Source: Candidatus Omnitrophota bacterium (GTDB lineage: Bacteria > Omnitrophota > Gorgyraeia > JAGLLT01). From it: a stretch of 64,000 bases of DNA. The notes below the pieces were generated by a model. The model was not told the origin of the DNA, made no database searches, and worked only from the letters and a program-made list of their open reading frames with translations. This document shows positions 17,601-26,400 of the stretch, piece after piece. The position numbers were made by a program, and so were the translations under genes. The number at the start of each line of letters is the position of its first letter. The first letter of the stretch is position 1. The stretch lies in contig DAOVJY010000003.1 in the NCBI GenBank assembly GCA_030632085.1, positions 23,809 to 87,808 of the forward strand, in the 5' to 3' direction.

Positions 17601-20600
17601 CCAAAGGCGGGGGAATGTTTGCTAGTATACAAGCTCTTACTCTACCCCGGACACTGCTTCTTACCGGTTGCGCCGTCTCGGTTTGTACGGGAATTTCTTT
17701 TGTCCTGCGGTTATTGCAGTGTCGATCTCGCAAGCGGCACGTTAAAACCTACGAGTTACATAACAGAGAATACAGAGTTATCCTTAAGGAAAACGGTGAA
17801 GTATACAGTGAGGTTGAACACAAAAAAGTCGGGGTTTTCCCCATGACATACGATATCAGCCGGCGTTCATACGATACCATAGATCCTTGCGGCAGAATAC
17901 TCTATCTCGTAGATACATTAGAGTGGCGCAAGAGCGCAAAACGCTGCTGGCCAATCATAGGGAATTTCCCAAAAGAGAGATTTGAAGCGTCTCGCATTGA
18001 AAGCGGTGATAATTCTCTTAGGGTGGTTAACACCACTAATGGTATTAGAACGACAATTAATATTAGTTTGCCGGAAGGGGAGACGACGGCGGAACTGTGG
18101 ACGATTACAGTTGAGAATCTGACGAATACGTCGCGCAAACTAAAGATTGTTCCCTATCTGGAGTGGGTGCTCAACGGAGGCCTTCATGATAGATTTCATA
18201 CACAATACGTTCGATTGTTTCCTGAAATGGAATATGTAAGTGGAGTTAACGCTATCCTATCCTGGCAGAAAGGTACGAAATCTATGGGGATTTTGGCAGT
18301 GGATGCTTCTCCGGAAGGATATCTCACTTCGCGTATGGATTTCATTGGCCGCGCCCGTAGCATTTGGAGGCCGCGGGTATTGGAAACACTAGACTTCCTG
18401 GATGCCCAAGATGCGTCCGCCTATCCAACATTTGATCCCATTGGGAGCTTAATAATAAATGCTACGGTTAATCCAAATGCTTCTAAGACGGTTCGTCTAG
18501 TGATTGGCTATGCTAAAAACAGAAAAACTGCTCTTGATTTGATTGATAAACACCTGAAGCCGCAGGCAATTGAAGCAACGACCTTAAAAAAAGTGAAAAA
18601 GAAGTCAATGTTGATTGGCCATGGTGAAATCCTTCCAGGAACACCTCAGCCGTATTTTGAATTTATTGATAATGGCAATAAGCTTTTGGTTCATACGCCC
18701 TATACGCCGCGGCCTTATGATCACGCGATGTCGAATGCCCTCGAGCATTCTGTTATGGTAACCAATCGCGGACTCCATACATCCTGTAATGGTAATTCAC
18801 AACAGAACCGCCTGACGCCGGATTGGCCTGATACGGTTACAAAAGAAGTACCCACGGAAGCGATTTATCTATATGACACGGATAGCGATGAATGGTATTC
18901 TCCAACGCATCACCCGCTCAACGATCACAATGCTAAGAATAAATCAGAATTCGGCGTTGATGGAACGGCGGTATTTCGTATGACGGCAGGAAGCCTTTCA
19001 ACGGAGCTTACGGTATTTGTGCCGCCGGATGATCCAATGGGCGTCTATCTCTTAACCGTAAGAAATAATGCGGATCATTCTCGAAGAATACGGATTGCGT
19101 CATACTTTCAGATGGTGCTGGAATTTCAACCCGAAAAGACAGGATCATTACAGGTGCGCCATGACAAGGCATTGAGCGCTTTGTTTTATTATAATCCGCG
19201 TAATATGTTCCGTAAAGGCTGGGCTTTTGCCTCGATGTCGATACCGGCTGAGTGCATAGAAACAATGCGTGGCAGATTTTTTGGAAGGCAGTGCGGCGTT
19301 CGTCATCCATTTATGGTAGAACATGGTAAGCCGGATGTAGCACAGTTAACTGACAGGAGGCCAATTGCGGCTTTTCTGGGAACCTTGGATATTCCTGCCA
19401 ATGGCGAGAGTACGGTTGCTATCATCCTGGGGCAGACTGATAAACGCAAAGATGCTGCCCGCTTGGTTAAAAAATATAAAAGAGTTGAAACAGTTCGAGA
19501 AAGTCTTAAGTATACCCGGAATTGGTGGCTTAGCCTGATGCAGACGGTAGAGGTTAAAACTAATCATCCGGAATTTGACCAGCTTCACAACTGGCTTAAA
19601 TACCAGACTCTTGCGGAGCGCATTTGGGCCAGACGGGGATTCTATCAAACCAGCGGGGCCTTCGGTTTTCGGGATCAACTCCAGGATACTGTGAACCTGA
19701 TCTGGGTTGACCCGGCCTTGGCGCGCAAGCAGATCCTTTTGCATGCGTCTCACCAGTTTCTCGAGGGCGATGTATACCATTGGTTCTTTACGTTAACTGA
19801 TGGGCGAACAGCATTTTCCTGCCGGTCGCACGCTTCTGATAATCCGCTGTGGCTGGTCTGGGGCGTAGTTGAGTATGTCAGAACTACAGGTGATTATTCA
19901 ATCCTCAATGAGATGACGTCGTATGTATGGAGTGAGTTTCCTTTTGCGGATCTTCCTAAAAATAAGACAGGGCTGGGGCACCTTTTTCACCGCTCAACCC
20001 GGCAAGATTCTGTTTACAAACACTGTTTGAAGTCGATTGACCTTGTGCTGGAAAAACGCATGGGAGCACATGGGTTGCCGCTTATAAGAACGGGAGATTG
20101 GAACGACGGATTGGATGAGATTGGAAGCGAAGGCAAGGGCGAGAGTGTATGGCTTGGATTCTTCCTTTATTATATTTTGAAGCACATGGTTAGTATTATT
20201 GAAAGAAAAGAAGGCGCAAGCCGCAGGAAACATTACGTCAAGAAGATGGAGGAGCTCAAAAATGCCATAGAGTTGACCTGGCGGAGCGACCGGTATCTGC
20301 GGGCCATTCATGACGACGGCACGGAGATTGGCGTCAAAGACAGCGGTATATGGGAAACCGATGCCTTAACAGCGGCGTGGGCAGTTATAGCCGGCATTAA
20401 TCATGAGAGAGAAGTTATAGCATTTCACACTGCCTTAGGTGTTCTTGAGAAAGAAAATCTCGTATTACTCGGTTGGCCGGCACTTCATGAAGACAGTAAA
20501 CCATATCTTGGCAGAAGTAGTAAGTATCCTGAGGGTGTGCGCGAGAACGGCATGTATTGCCATGGTGCTCAATGGCTTATCAGGGCGTCACGAATCCTGA

Positions 20601-20974
20601 CAGAACGATATGAAGAGCAAGGAGATTATGCTAAAGCGAATGAATATCGGGAAATTGCCTATCGGCTGTGGCTTAAGATTACGCCGATTTCTCATACAAC
20701 ACCACAGGAAATTGAAATCTTTGGTGGAATGCCAAACAAACAACCTGCTGATATTTTAACCAACTTCGACCGGGGACGAATGATCTGGCATGGCTACACA
20801 GGTGCTGCCGGCTGGCTGTTGCGTCAAGCTTACGAAGGTGTAGTAGGAGCGTCTTTGATCGATAACGAGCTTATTCTGCCGGCTGATCTTGATAAGCCAA
20901 GAGGCAAATTGAAGGTAAGCAGCATGCACAGAGATGTGGGAAAAAGCCCCTTGAAGCTCAGGCGGCCGCGTTAA
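14681..20974 (+). CDS. giant membrane protein (2097 aa): signal anchor, extracytoplasmic CBM-like domain, roughly 780-aa polytopic membrane domain, then C-terminal GH94 glycoside phosphorylase (cellobiose-phosphorylase-like)
   Basis: GTG at 14681, alternative ATG at 14696. The GH94 N-domain begins at YELHNREYRV and includes ITVENLTNTSRKLKIVPYLEWVL. Catalytic-region hallmarks are FGFRDQLQD and IRTGDWNDGLDE. There are more than 15 predicted TM helices between aa 220 and 1000 and no GT-A domain. The N-terminal domain ends in GTLYFDIDF. Confidence 0.8.
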   Translation: MDQIRMFCSKTELSKRPNIKYAKTRHSRSPRLSYLVTSILTILVAIFVLTKVVAAAPSFLNSEQNDINYSFNLLDAGMKGVFNIGPGQGTEKRSFDETIEKNVLKFGYSIPKGSVMGVWSQRFPSELGADAVDAVRIGVKVPNPEQLQQVFVKVEIKGEKAVQTIPLHLELGWNSIRESINWNTIGNLKEAVFVVSPIGGGESVEGTLYFDIDFYKLTSLQKNFIFVKISLVFVISLCLALVSAFLGGLFGRSKSGDSSSFAFRASQDKPEVPTLSRLKRDFFYGIVAVLIAGVAFWIYSRGSISPLEAGFSLTFLVIGLMGAVIAEVLKFGLTGKHLTPREVFQNILVTGFIAAGSSRLGVLHAPSTWTELFMLNKVIATLAFLVYHISNAFSLASSGKHTKAFTGALIIGTPCLLNWLMLLQNVILLQTLASSMTLGLLSAWPKILEIIGRVFVVFVFNEAFINGMSFATKGKMLKASKAHLFILLVSLGVIIAPMIADLGSTTAVAGLPVMLRAIIAILTTMLSFAGLWGEVYLITGVALDGGYHRAPSWRSVFSHVTTGMRKGMVYSGILIALLYALSMVLGARFTQTIISSLPIMIGILAGALIFPLIKTIIETFDGSQPFSERMRHNYRDKTLYARGAVAGCGFAYALTHDFFQLNMSDRIIFGLIVGLIASAGVSILRDFTYARRGQGRIQTWKLYFTDALLGAFIGSASAFYLDSFQVPVVVEKFKLYTNAGFSAREYITYPLVCKWGRIDLGTYTGGTKLLFTESLAGVINWTIAAGLFAINKVFLQAFFEKHTAPIKFFFSKAGFAQLIEHIIYVLRWGLWMSPIIWTFLRMMPDPTWYNQDGGIRTLFAIYHDATMSPGAFRAWSLQIFIYILAFDFFRVLIWMDHMGLRVATLVNLSFIGLDRLDERIARFIGPAAAQRYIPEAVKRFCTWGPLLIPFYLPRGKAWDYAWSTSETMQNAMIAKGGGMFASIQALTLPRTLLLTGCAVSVCTGISFVLRLLQCRSRKRHVKTYELHNREYRVILKENGEVYSEVEHKKVGVFPMTYDISRRSYDTIDPCGRILYLVDTLEWRKSAKRCWPIIGNFPKERFEASRIESGDNSLRVVNTTNGIRTTINISLPEGETTAELWTITVENLTNTSRKLKIVPYLEWVLNGGLHDRFHTQYVRLFPEMEYVSGVNAILSWQKGTKSMGILAVDASPEGYLTSRMDFIGRARSIWRPRVLETLDFLDAQDASAYPTFDPIGSLIINATVNPNASKTVRLVIGYAKNRKTALDLIDKHLKPQAIEATTLKKVKKKSMLIGHGEILPGTPQPYFEFIDNGNKLLVHTPYTPRPYDHAMSNALEHSVMVTNRGLHTSCNGNSQQNRLTPDWPDTVTKEVPTEAIYLYDTDSDEWYSPTHHPLNDHNAKNKSEFGVDGTAVFRMTAGSLSTELTVFVPPDDPMGVYLLTVRNNADHSRRIRIASYFQMVLEFQPEKTGSLQVRHDKALSALFYYNPRNMFRKGWAFASMSIPAECIETMRGRFFGRQCGVRHPFMVEHGKPDVAQLTDRRPIAAFLGTLDIPANGESTVAIILGQTDKRKDAARLVKKYKRVETVRESLKYTRNWWLSLMQTVEVKTNHPEFDQLHNWLKYQTLAERIWARRGFYQTSGAFGFRDQLQDTVNLIWVDPALARKQILLHASHQFLEGDVYHWFFTLTDGRTAFSCRSHASDNPLWLVWGVVEYVRTTGDYSILNEMTSYVWSEFPFADLPKNKTGLGHLFHRSTRQDSVYKHCLKSIDLVLEKRMGAHGLPLIRTGDWNDGLDEIGSEGKGESVWLGFFLYYILKHMVSIIERKEGASRRKHYVKKMEELKNAIELTWRSDRYLRAIHDDGTEIGVKDSGIWETDALTAAWAVIAGINHEREVIAFHTALGVLEKENLVLLGWPALHEDSKPYLGRSSKYPEGVRENGMYCHGAQWLIRASRILTERYEEQGDYAKANEYREIAYRLWLKITPISHTTPQEIEIFGGMPNKQPADILTNFDRGRMIWHGYTGAAGWLLRQAYEGVVGASLIDNELILPADLDKPRGKLKVSSMHRDVGKSPLKLRRPR

Positions 20975-21514
20975 TTTTGGAACCCAGATTTTCATGCCGG
21001 TGCCAACTAATATAACCTTATCGGGTTAAGTTACCTCCTTCCAAATTGACAAGCTTTTATAGACAATATTCTTGCCGATCTTTAAAGCTTTGGTTATTTA
21101 TTTGTGAGTCATTCCCAGTAAGACCCTCCTTTAAATGATCGGGAGGGTTTACCCTTCCGGCTAAACGCAATTCACTTGCTTTTTTGGCTAATTTTTGGTA
21201 TAAGTAGATGTGTTGGGCGGGTTGGATCTTAATATGAGCTGGTATTTCAGCAGTGGTTTGAATTGGTCGCAACCGCGTCCGCCGCTATAGAAAAGAGCAT
21301 AGGATAAAAGTAAAATGTTTTGGGATGAGAAACCAAAAGAAGATAAAAGACGCCTTTAAGAAAAACAACATTAGCATACCTTCCCCCCAAAGGGATGTCC
21401 ATATATTTAAGGAAGAAAAGTAAAAAATTTATAATAACAAAGCCTAAACTTTGCTTTGATTTTCAGCCCACGCTGTGTTAATATACAACCCATCTATAAC
21501 AAGGAGAGTAAGTT

Positions 21515-22288
21515 ATGCCAGATACTTTTTTATTAACTATTATCTTTATAGCTTTAACTACTATGATTACGGCCTTTGTCAAGGGAAAGAGCCGAGATAG
21601 ATGCTTGATAGACTTATCAGGTGATGAGATTGACATGGAAATGATTAGCGGCAAGACTGTGTGGGGGCGCCTAACTGTAGAAAGCACCGGCTTGGAGTTT
21701 AGCTATGGCGAGCCTAATAAAGATAACGATGGCCACAAGGAGTATAGCTTTTTGCTTTATAAAAACGAATATTCCCAGATACAGAATTTGATTCTTTATC
21801 ATGATAAATTGGATGAAAAAAGAAGAGAAATACGTCAAAAAGAAATACAAAAAACGCACAATCCTAATTTTTTAAGGCGCAACAAGAGAAGAGTGAGGAA
21901 TTTCTTTGCTACTGTAAGAGATGCCATCATGGAGGTAATTAATCTTTTTATTGGCCAGGCAAAAAAACTTTCTCCGGCGCAAGCAATCTCTGGCGGCCAG
22001 GATAAATATGTTAATGAGATGAAAAAGGATCTTTTTGGTTTATCAGCCACAGCCTTCGAACCTCTCTTAGAGAAACACATAGGTAAAAAAGTGGTTTTGG
22101 AGTTTTTAAGAAATGATAAGGTTGAAGAGTATGTTGGGGTCTTGAAGGACTATACTGCCGAGTTTATTGAAATATTGGACGTTAATTATAAAAAAGAAGG
22201 CCAGGAGGCCAGAAAAGCTGACTTCGTGGTTCCTCGGTCGTTGGGTTTAGTAAAGCACCTGGCGGAAGATAAGACAATGCGCCCATAG
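21515..22288 (+). CDS. membrane-anchored hypothetical protein
   Basis: An N-terminal TM segment FLLTIIFIALTTMITAF is followed by a charged soluble domain. The 3' end overlaps the first tRNA-Arg 5' fragment copy. Confidence 0.45.
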   Translation: MPDTFLLTIIFIALTTMITAFVKGKSRDRCLIDLSGDEIDMEMISGKTVWGRLTVESTGLEFSYGEPNKDNDGHKEYSFLLYKNEYSQIQNLILYHDKLDEKRREIRQKEIQKTHNPNFLRRNKRRVRNFFATVRDAIMEVINLFIGQAKKLSPAQAISGGQDKYVNEMKKDLFGLSATAFEPLLEKHIGKKVVLEFLRNDKVEEYVGVLKDYTAEFIEILDVNYKKEGQEARKADFVVPRSLGLVKHLAEDKTMRP

Positions 22289-22492
22289 CTTGCATGAATA
22301 CGCAACTTACAGAATGTAATGAAGGTAAGTTGCTGTGTGAATGCATCCCGCACCAGACGAAGTCTTGGTGGCGGGATTGTTTTGGCTGGAGTAGAAAATT
22401 CACAGATGCGCCCATAGCTTCCCCCTTAGCTAAAGCTTCGGAGGACAAGACGCTATGGCTGGAGTAGAAAATTCATAGATGCGCCCATAGCT
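22277..22492. repeat. three copies of the tRNA-Arg 5' end (ATGCGCCCATAGCT), including a 36-bp tandem duplication, upstream of tRNA-Arg
   Basis: ATGCGCCCATAGCT occurs at 22277-22290, 22406-22419 and 22479-22492. The last copy is the real tRNA 5' end. GGCTGGAGTAGAAAATTCA(C/T)AGATGCGCCCATAGCT occurs at 22384-22419 and 22457-22492. Confidence 0.7.
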
Positions 22493-22557
22493 CAATTGGA
22501 CAGAGTAGCGGTCTACGAAACCGTTGGTTCCCCGTTCGAATCGGGGTGGGCGCGCCA
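22481..22557 (+). tRNA. tRNA-Arg (anticodon ACG)
   Basis: Acceptor GCGCCCA/TGGGCGC, D-arm GCTCAATTGGACAGAGT, anticodon loop CTACGAA, T-arm CCCCGTTCGAATCGGGG, then CCA. Confidence 0.8.
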
Positions 22558-22653
22558 CCGTACCATTCGCAAAATATTGCTCAGGTACGGTGCTTGTCCA
22601 GTACCTGATGTGGTACTGGGCACGCATTGCATTAATTTGGTATAGGGTACGCT

Positions 22654-23157
22654 TTGAAATTACTAAATGGTACGGTGGTCCCGTACCCGAAAGCATTTGA
22701 GATGGATGATAAATTTTATATACAGGAGGCCATCAAAGAAGCCATAAAGGCTTTTGAAGCTGATGAGGTGCCGGTGGGGGCGGTTATCGTTTATAAGAAT
22801 AGGATAATTGCCAGGGCGCACAATCAAATAAAGACCTTAAAAGATCCCACTGCTCACGCCGAAATGATAGCTATCACCCAGGCGGCTAGCTATTTAAAAA
22901 ACGAGCGGCTTCTTAATACGGCTATGTATGTAACTCTTGAGCCCTGCGCCATGTGCGCGGGGGCTTTAGTTTTAGCCAGAATAAAGAAATTAGTTTTTGG
23001 TGCTAAAGATGAGAAAGCCGGTGCGTGCGGTTCGGTAATTGATTTGACTAATAACAAAAAGCTCAATCATAACTTAATTGTAAAAAGCGGTGTCTATGAA
23101 GATGGGTGCCGCAAAATCTTACAGGAATTCTTTAAAAAGAAGAGAAAGCAGAATTAG
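22654..23157 (+). CDS. tadA: tRNA-specific adenosine deaminase TadA (start may be Met at 22702)
   Basis: Carries the CDA zinc motifs HAEMIAI and PCAMCAGAL. It lies directly downstream of its substrate tRNA-Arg(ACG). Confidence 0.8.
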   Translation: MKLLNGTVVPYPKAFEMDDKFYIQEAIKEAIKAFEADEVPVGAVIVYKNRIIARAHNQIKTLKDPTAHAEMIAITQAASYLKNERLLNTAMYVTLEPCAMCAGALVLARIKKLVFGAKDEKAGACGSVIDLTNNKKLNHNLIVKSGVYEDGCRKILQEFFKKKRKQN

Positions 23158-23335
23158 CTATTTAATAAACATTAGTAGATTGTAATTAGCAGTTAGTTGA
23201 CAGTAAGTCATTTAACGATTTTATTTTGCTATTAGCTATAAGCTATTAGCTATAAGCTAATTAATAATACTTAAGATCTCTCACCCGTCTTTGACGAGTT
23301 CGAGATCCAATTTGTTTGTTAAAATTGTACAAATT

Positions 23336-23423
23336 GGAGAGATGCGAGAGCGGTTGAATCGGCACGCTTGGAAAGCGTGTGTACTTAACGGTACCCTGGG
23401 TTCGAATCCCAGTCTCTCCGCCA
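23336..23423 (+). tRNA. tRNA-Ser (anticodon GGA), long variable arm
   Basis: Acceptor GGAGAGA/TCTCTCC, anticodon loop TTGGAAA, long extra arm, T-arm GGGTTCGAATCCC, then CCA. Confidence 0.8.
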
Positions 23424-23487
23424 TTCTGTTTCGCTAAGCTATTTTCATGTTTGGCTTCGCAGGAATTGACATAATAGATAAACTCAA

Positions 23488-26052
23488 TTACCTCTCGTTA
23501 TCTAAAGTAATATCGTCAAAATAGATTTCCCCTGAACTTCTCCGTCCGGGCGCAATAAAAAACATAATTTTATTGATATGCTCCTTATCAACAGCATTCT
23601 CAGATAATTTAGACAAATCATACACTAACCGGTTCCATTGATCCTTATTAACGGCGCTTGCAACGCTAATATCTTCCTGATTATTTTCATTGTTATAAAG
23701 CTTCGCAAGAACGGATTCACACCCAAAAAGATTTATTTTCAGGTAACGATATTGCTTTATATTCAAAGGTTTTTTAAATCTCAATTCAACGCAATCCCAA
23801 TCGCCTTTATCTTGATATTTTATCTTTAAAGAGCTGCTTCCTTTAAGTGCTTTTTCTTTTGTGATCTCTAATATAATAGTTTCTGAAGAAGCTTCCCATG
23901 AAAGGGGATACAACAAAGGTGTTTCATCTTCAAAACTATCGAGAGATAAGCTTTTTTGAACACTCTTTACAATTACGGGGCCAAACGAAACGGGTTTTGA
24001 ACGATTTCCCGCTTTATCAATAACCTGTACGGCAAAATAATATTTACCTTTATCCGGCACTGAGAGGAAAATATTTTCATTTTCTTTTGCAAATGAAGCA
24101 TAATATACATCCTGCAATTTTTTTAACTTTTCAAAAGTTGACTGGGCGCTTACAGGAACCGCAGAGTATCTTATATCATACTGCAACGCTTCTTCGGGCT
24201 TCTTAAAGGTAACCTTGCACACAGCGCTGTCTTTAATATTTGATACACTAAGACATGTAACTTCACGTGGATTTTTACAGGCTTGAGAATAAGTCAAAAA
24301 TATTCCGTCTAAATAAATTTTCTGTCCCGTTTCTCCTTTTTCAGGGCTGATAAGCAAAGTAATACTGTCTATCACTTCCATATCTATATCTTTTATTGCC
24401 TCTATCGAATAAACATATCTTTTCCAGCTGGCAGAATTATTGAAACCGGTGGATTTAATCTCCATTATTCCGCCTTTCGTATCGGCTAATGTAATAACAA
24501 TCTCTTCAGCATTTCTCGCCCATAAAGAAATATATTTGAAATTCGAAAAGTCTTTAAGCTCAGGGCTTACGGACAAAATAACATCTTCGCCTTCTGCTGG
24601 TGTTATTTCCAAAGACCTGTTGCCTTCCATAGATATAGCATCATTAAAACCTGCTGTTGCCCTTTTATTCAAAATTTTATATGTTGAATAAGAGTTTTCT
24701 GAATCATCAAATTCGAAATCTTCAATAATTCCCACAAACCCTATTTTTTCCATTGCTTCTTGAATATACTTATTTCTCATAAAATACTTCCATATCAACC
24801 CCGACCTGAAATTTTCAATCATCACTACTATAGGGCCGTTATCAATACCAAGGTAGGAGCCTTCGTACCAGTCCGTTTTCAGGTTGAAGGCATCAATAAA
24901 TCCATACCGCCCCCAAACATCATCTTTATAATTGGCATAAAGATATTTCAGGGTGTTTACACACTTCTCGGGGGTAAACACAATTCCTCCGGCAATGGCA
25001 TGCGGTGTAATTGTGCCATCCTCAAAAAGCTCTCCAATGGGGCCGCCGTACCCGTCATAACCAGACATTGAAATGCAGGATGAAATTCCCCAGAGCGGGT
25101 TTTGATAATTATCAGAACGCAGGCAATAATCCTGCTGGGCCGAAACGGCATACCTTGAGTTCCTGAAATAGTCAGCTGCCTGATCTTTTCTATTCCTCAA
25201 GTCAAACCAGCAATGCATATAGTAATGAAAAACTATTCCCGGAGGAGTTGTCGCGATAATCCTCCGGCCATTATAGTCTTGCCAGTTATAGGTTGATTGA
25301 CACGCGTACCATGAAGAAACAGGAATCGGATGCGAGGGTGACGCAATAGCAATCAAATGAATTAAGAACGAATTATCTCTATATCCCTTATATCGCGGAA
25401 CAAATCCGCCTTCCATTCCCCATGAACTTCCTTCTCCAAAAGGAACATATCCCATCGATATAAAATCGTGCCTGTTCCCATCGTTATCAAACATAAATTT
25501 ATCCCACTCGCACGCCCGGACAATTTCATCACCTATTCTTTCAATTTCCGTACCCTTAAAATATTCCATGACGGTAATAACACCCGCGATAAATTCGGCG
25601 GTATCGGCAGTTGAAACACAGTCCATCTTATTAAACCATTTCCCCGTTCTCATATCAACAAAATGGAAAAATAACCCAAATCTCCCCTCAACAATAAAAT
25701 CATCAGGATCTGAAGGATTTTTATGAAAACTTTTTAATGTTCTCAGCACACGTTCATAAGCATCTTCATATGAAATCCATCCCCTGTATTCCGCCACACA
25801 TATTGCGGAAAGCCCCCAGCCCACTGAAGCGACACTGCACATGTTTGACTTTGTACCATCCTTTATTAAACCATTCTCGGGATTTACTTCTTCCCAAAAA
25901 TATGCGAAAGCCTTCTTTTCAACCATTTCTAAGAAACCAATGTCTTCTTTAGGCAGAATCATTTTGGAAGTTTCCTGAGCGCTGGAAATTCCCAAAACCG
26001 CAATAACAATACTAATAAGCGATATAACAATAATAGTTATTTTCCTTAACAT
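23488..26052 (-). CDS. secreted multidomain glycoside hydrolase-like protein (glucoamylase-like/beta-glucanase-like alpha-alpha barrel N-domain, FN3-like module, C-terminal CBM-like domain)
   Basis: Signal peptide MLRKITIIVISLISIVIAVLGISSA. The large N-terminal domain is rich in W and aromatic residues. An FN3-like segment reads IRYSAVP...YYFAVQVIDKAGNRS. The C-terminal CBM-like segment ending GEIYFDDITL is homologous to the N-terminal domain of the 2097-aa protein. Confidence 0.55.
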   Translation of the reverse strand: MLRKITIIVISLISIVIAVLGISSAQETSKMILPKEDIGFLEMVEKKAFAYFWEEVNPENGLIKDGTKSNMCSVASVGWGLSAICVAEYRGWISYEDAYERVLRTLKSFHKNPSDPDDFIVEGRFGLFFHFVDMRTGKWFNKMDCVSTADTAEFIAGVITVMEYFKGTEIERIGDEIVRACEWDKFMFDNDGNRHDFISMGYVPFGEGSSWGMEGGFVPRYKGYRDNSFLIHLIAIASPSHPIPVSSWYACQSTYNWQDYNGRRIIATTPPGIVFHYYMHCWFDLRNRKDQAADYFRNSRYAVSAQQDYCLRSDNYQNPLWGISSCISMSGYDGYGGPIGELFEDGTITPHAIAGGIVFTPEKCVNTLKYLYANYKDDVWGRYGFIDAFNLKTDWYEGSYLGIDNGPIVVMIENFRSGLIWKYFMRNKYIQEAMEKIGFVGIIEDFEFDDSENSYSTYKILNKRATAGFNDAISMEGNRSLEITPAEGEDVILSVSPELKDFSNFKYISLWARNAEEIVITLADTKGGIMEIKSTGFNNSASWKRYVYSIEAIKDIDMEVIDSITLLISPEKGETGQKIYLDGIFLTYSQACKNPREVTCLSVSNIKDSAVCKVTFKKPEEALQYDIRYSAVPVSAQSTFEKLKKLQDVYYASFAKENENIFLSVPDKGKYYFAVQVIDKAGNRSKPVSFGPVIVKSVQKSLSLDSFEDETPLLYPLSWEASSETIILEITKEKALKGSSSLKIKYQDKGDWDCVELRFKKPLNIKQYRYLKINLFGCESVLAKLYNNENNQEDISVASAVNKDQWNRLVYDLSKLSENAVDKEHINKIMFFIAPGRRSSGEIYFDDITLDNER

Positions 26053-26334
26053 AGCCGCATTTCTCCGGTAAATGTTTTCTTTAAGAACGCAGTCCTTTAT
26101 TAACCCCGTGTAGTGAAAATACCACTTACAAATAGATCTGCTAAAAGCACCTATCGAATATTTAGGTTCTCACGCGCCATATGATAACTACAGCATATAC
26201 CACGCCCAAGTGTCTTCTTATTGTCACGCCAATAGTGTATTAAGTATTTCTTAATTAATCAAGGAAAACTTTTCATCTCTGTGAGTAGTGCATTAAAAGG
26301 TCGCCCCATTTAATACCTCTTTTTTGCGTTTTTC

Positions 26335-26366
26335 ACTTGACACAAAAGCAAAGAGGTATATAATAA
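26335..26366 (+). promoter_or_regulatory. sigma70-like promoter upstream of rex (TTGACA-N16-TATAAT)
   Basis: TTGACACAAAAGCAAAGAGGTATATAAT. Confidence 0.45.
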
Positions 26367-26400
26367 TAATCTCAATCGTTCTAAATTTCACGATTAGACT

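Noticed and set aside
15841-20311. Several minus-strand ORFs of 60-144 aa inside the 2097-aa gene (for example 15841-16122, 19346-19780 and 19994-20311).
   Set aside because: These are antisense frames within a well-supported long GH94 gene and are typical artefacts of GC-richer coding sequence.
21122-21150. A hairpin ACCCTCC...GGGAGGGT after the giant gene, considered as a terminator.
   Set aside because: It lacks a convincing U-tract and lies 150 nt past the stop. It is kept only as a weak possibility.
22430-22696. An 88-aa minus-strand ORF.
   Set aside because: It overlaps tRNA-Arg and the GTAC-rich spacer. It has no RBS and is almost certainly spurious.
23161-23290. A short tandem repeat, TATTAGCTATAAGC twice, between tadA and tRNA-Ser(GGA), considered as a possible CRISPR or minisatellite.
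   Set aside because: Only two copies are present, with no spacer structure. It is low-complexity AT-rich intergenic sequence.
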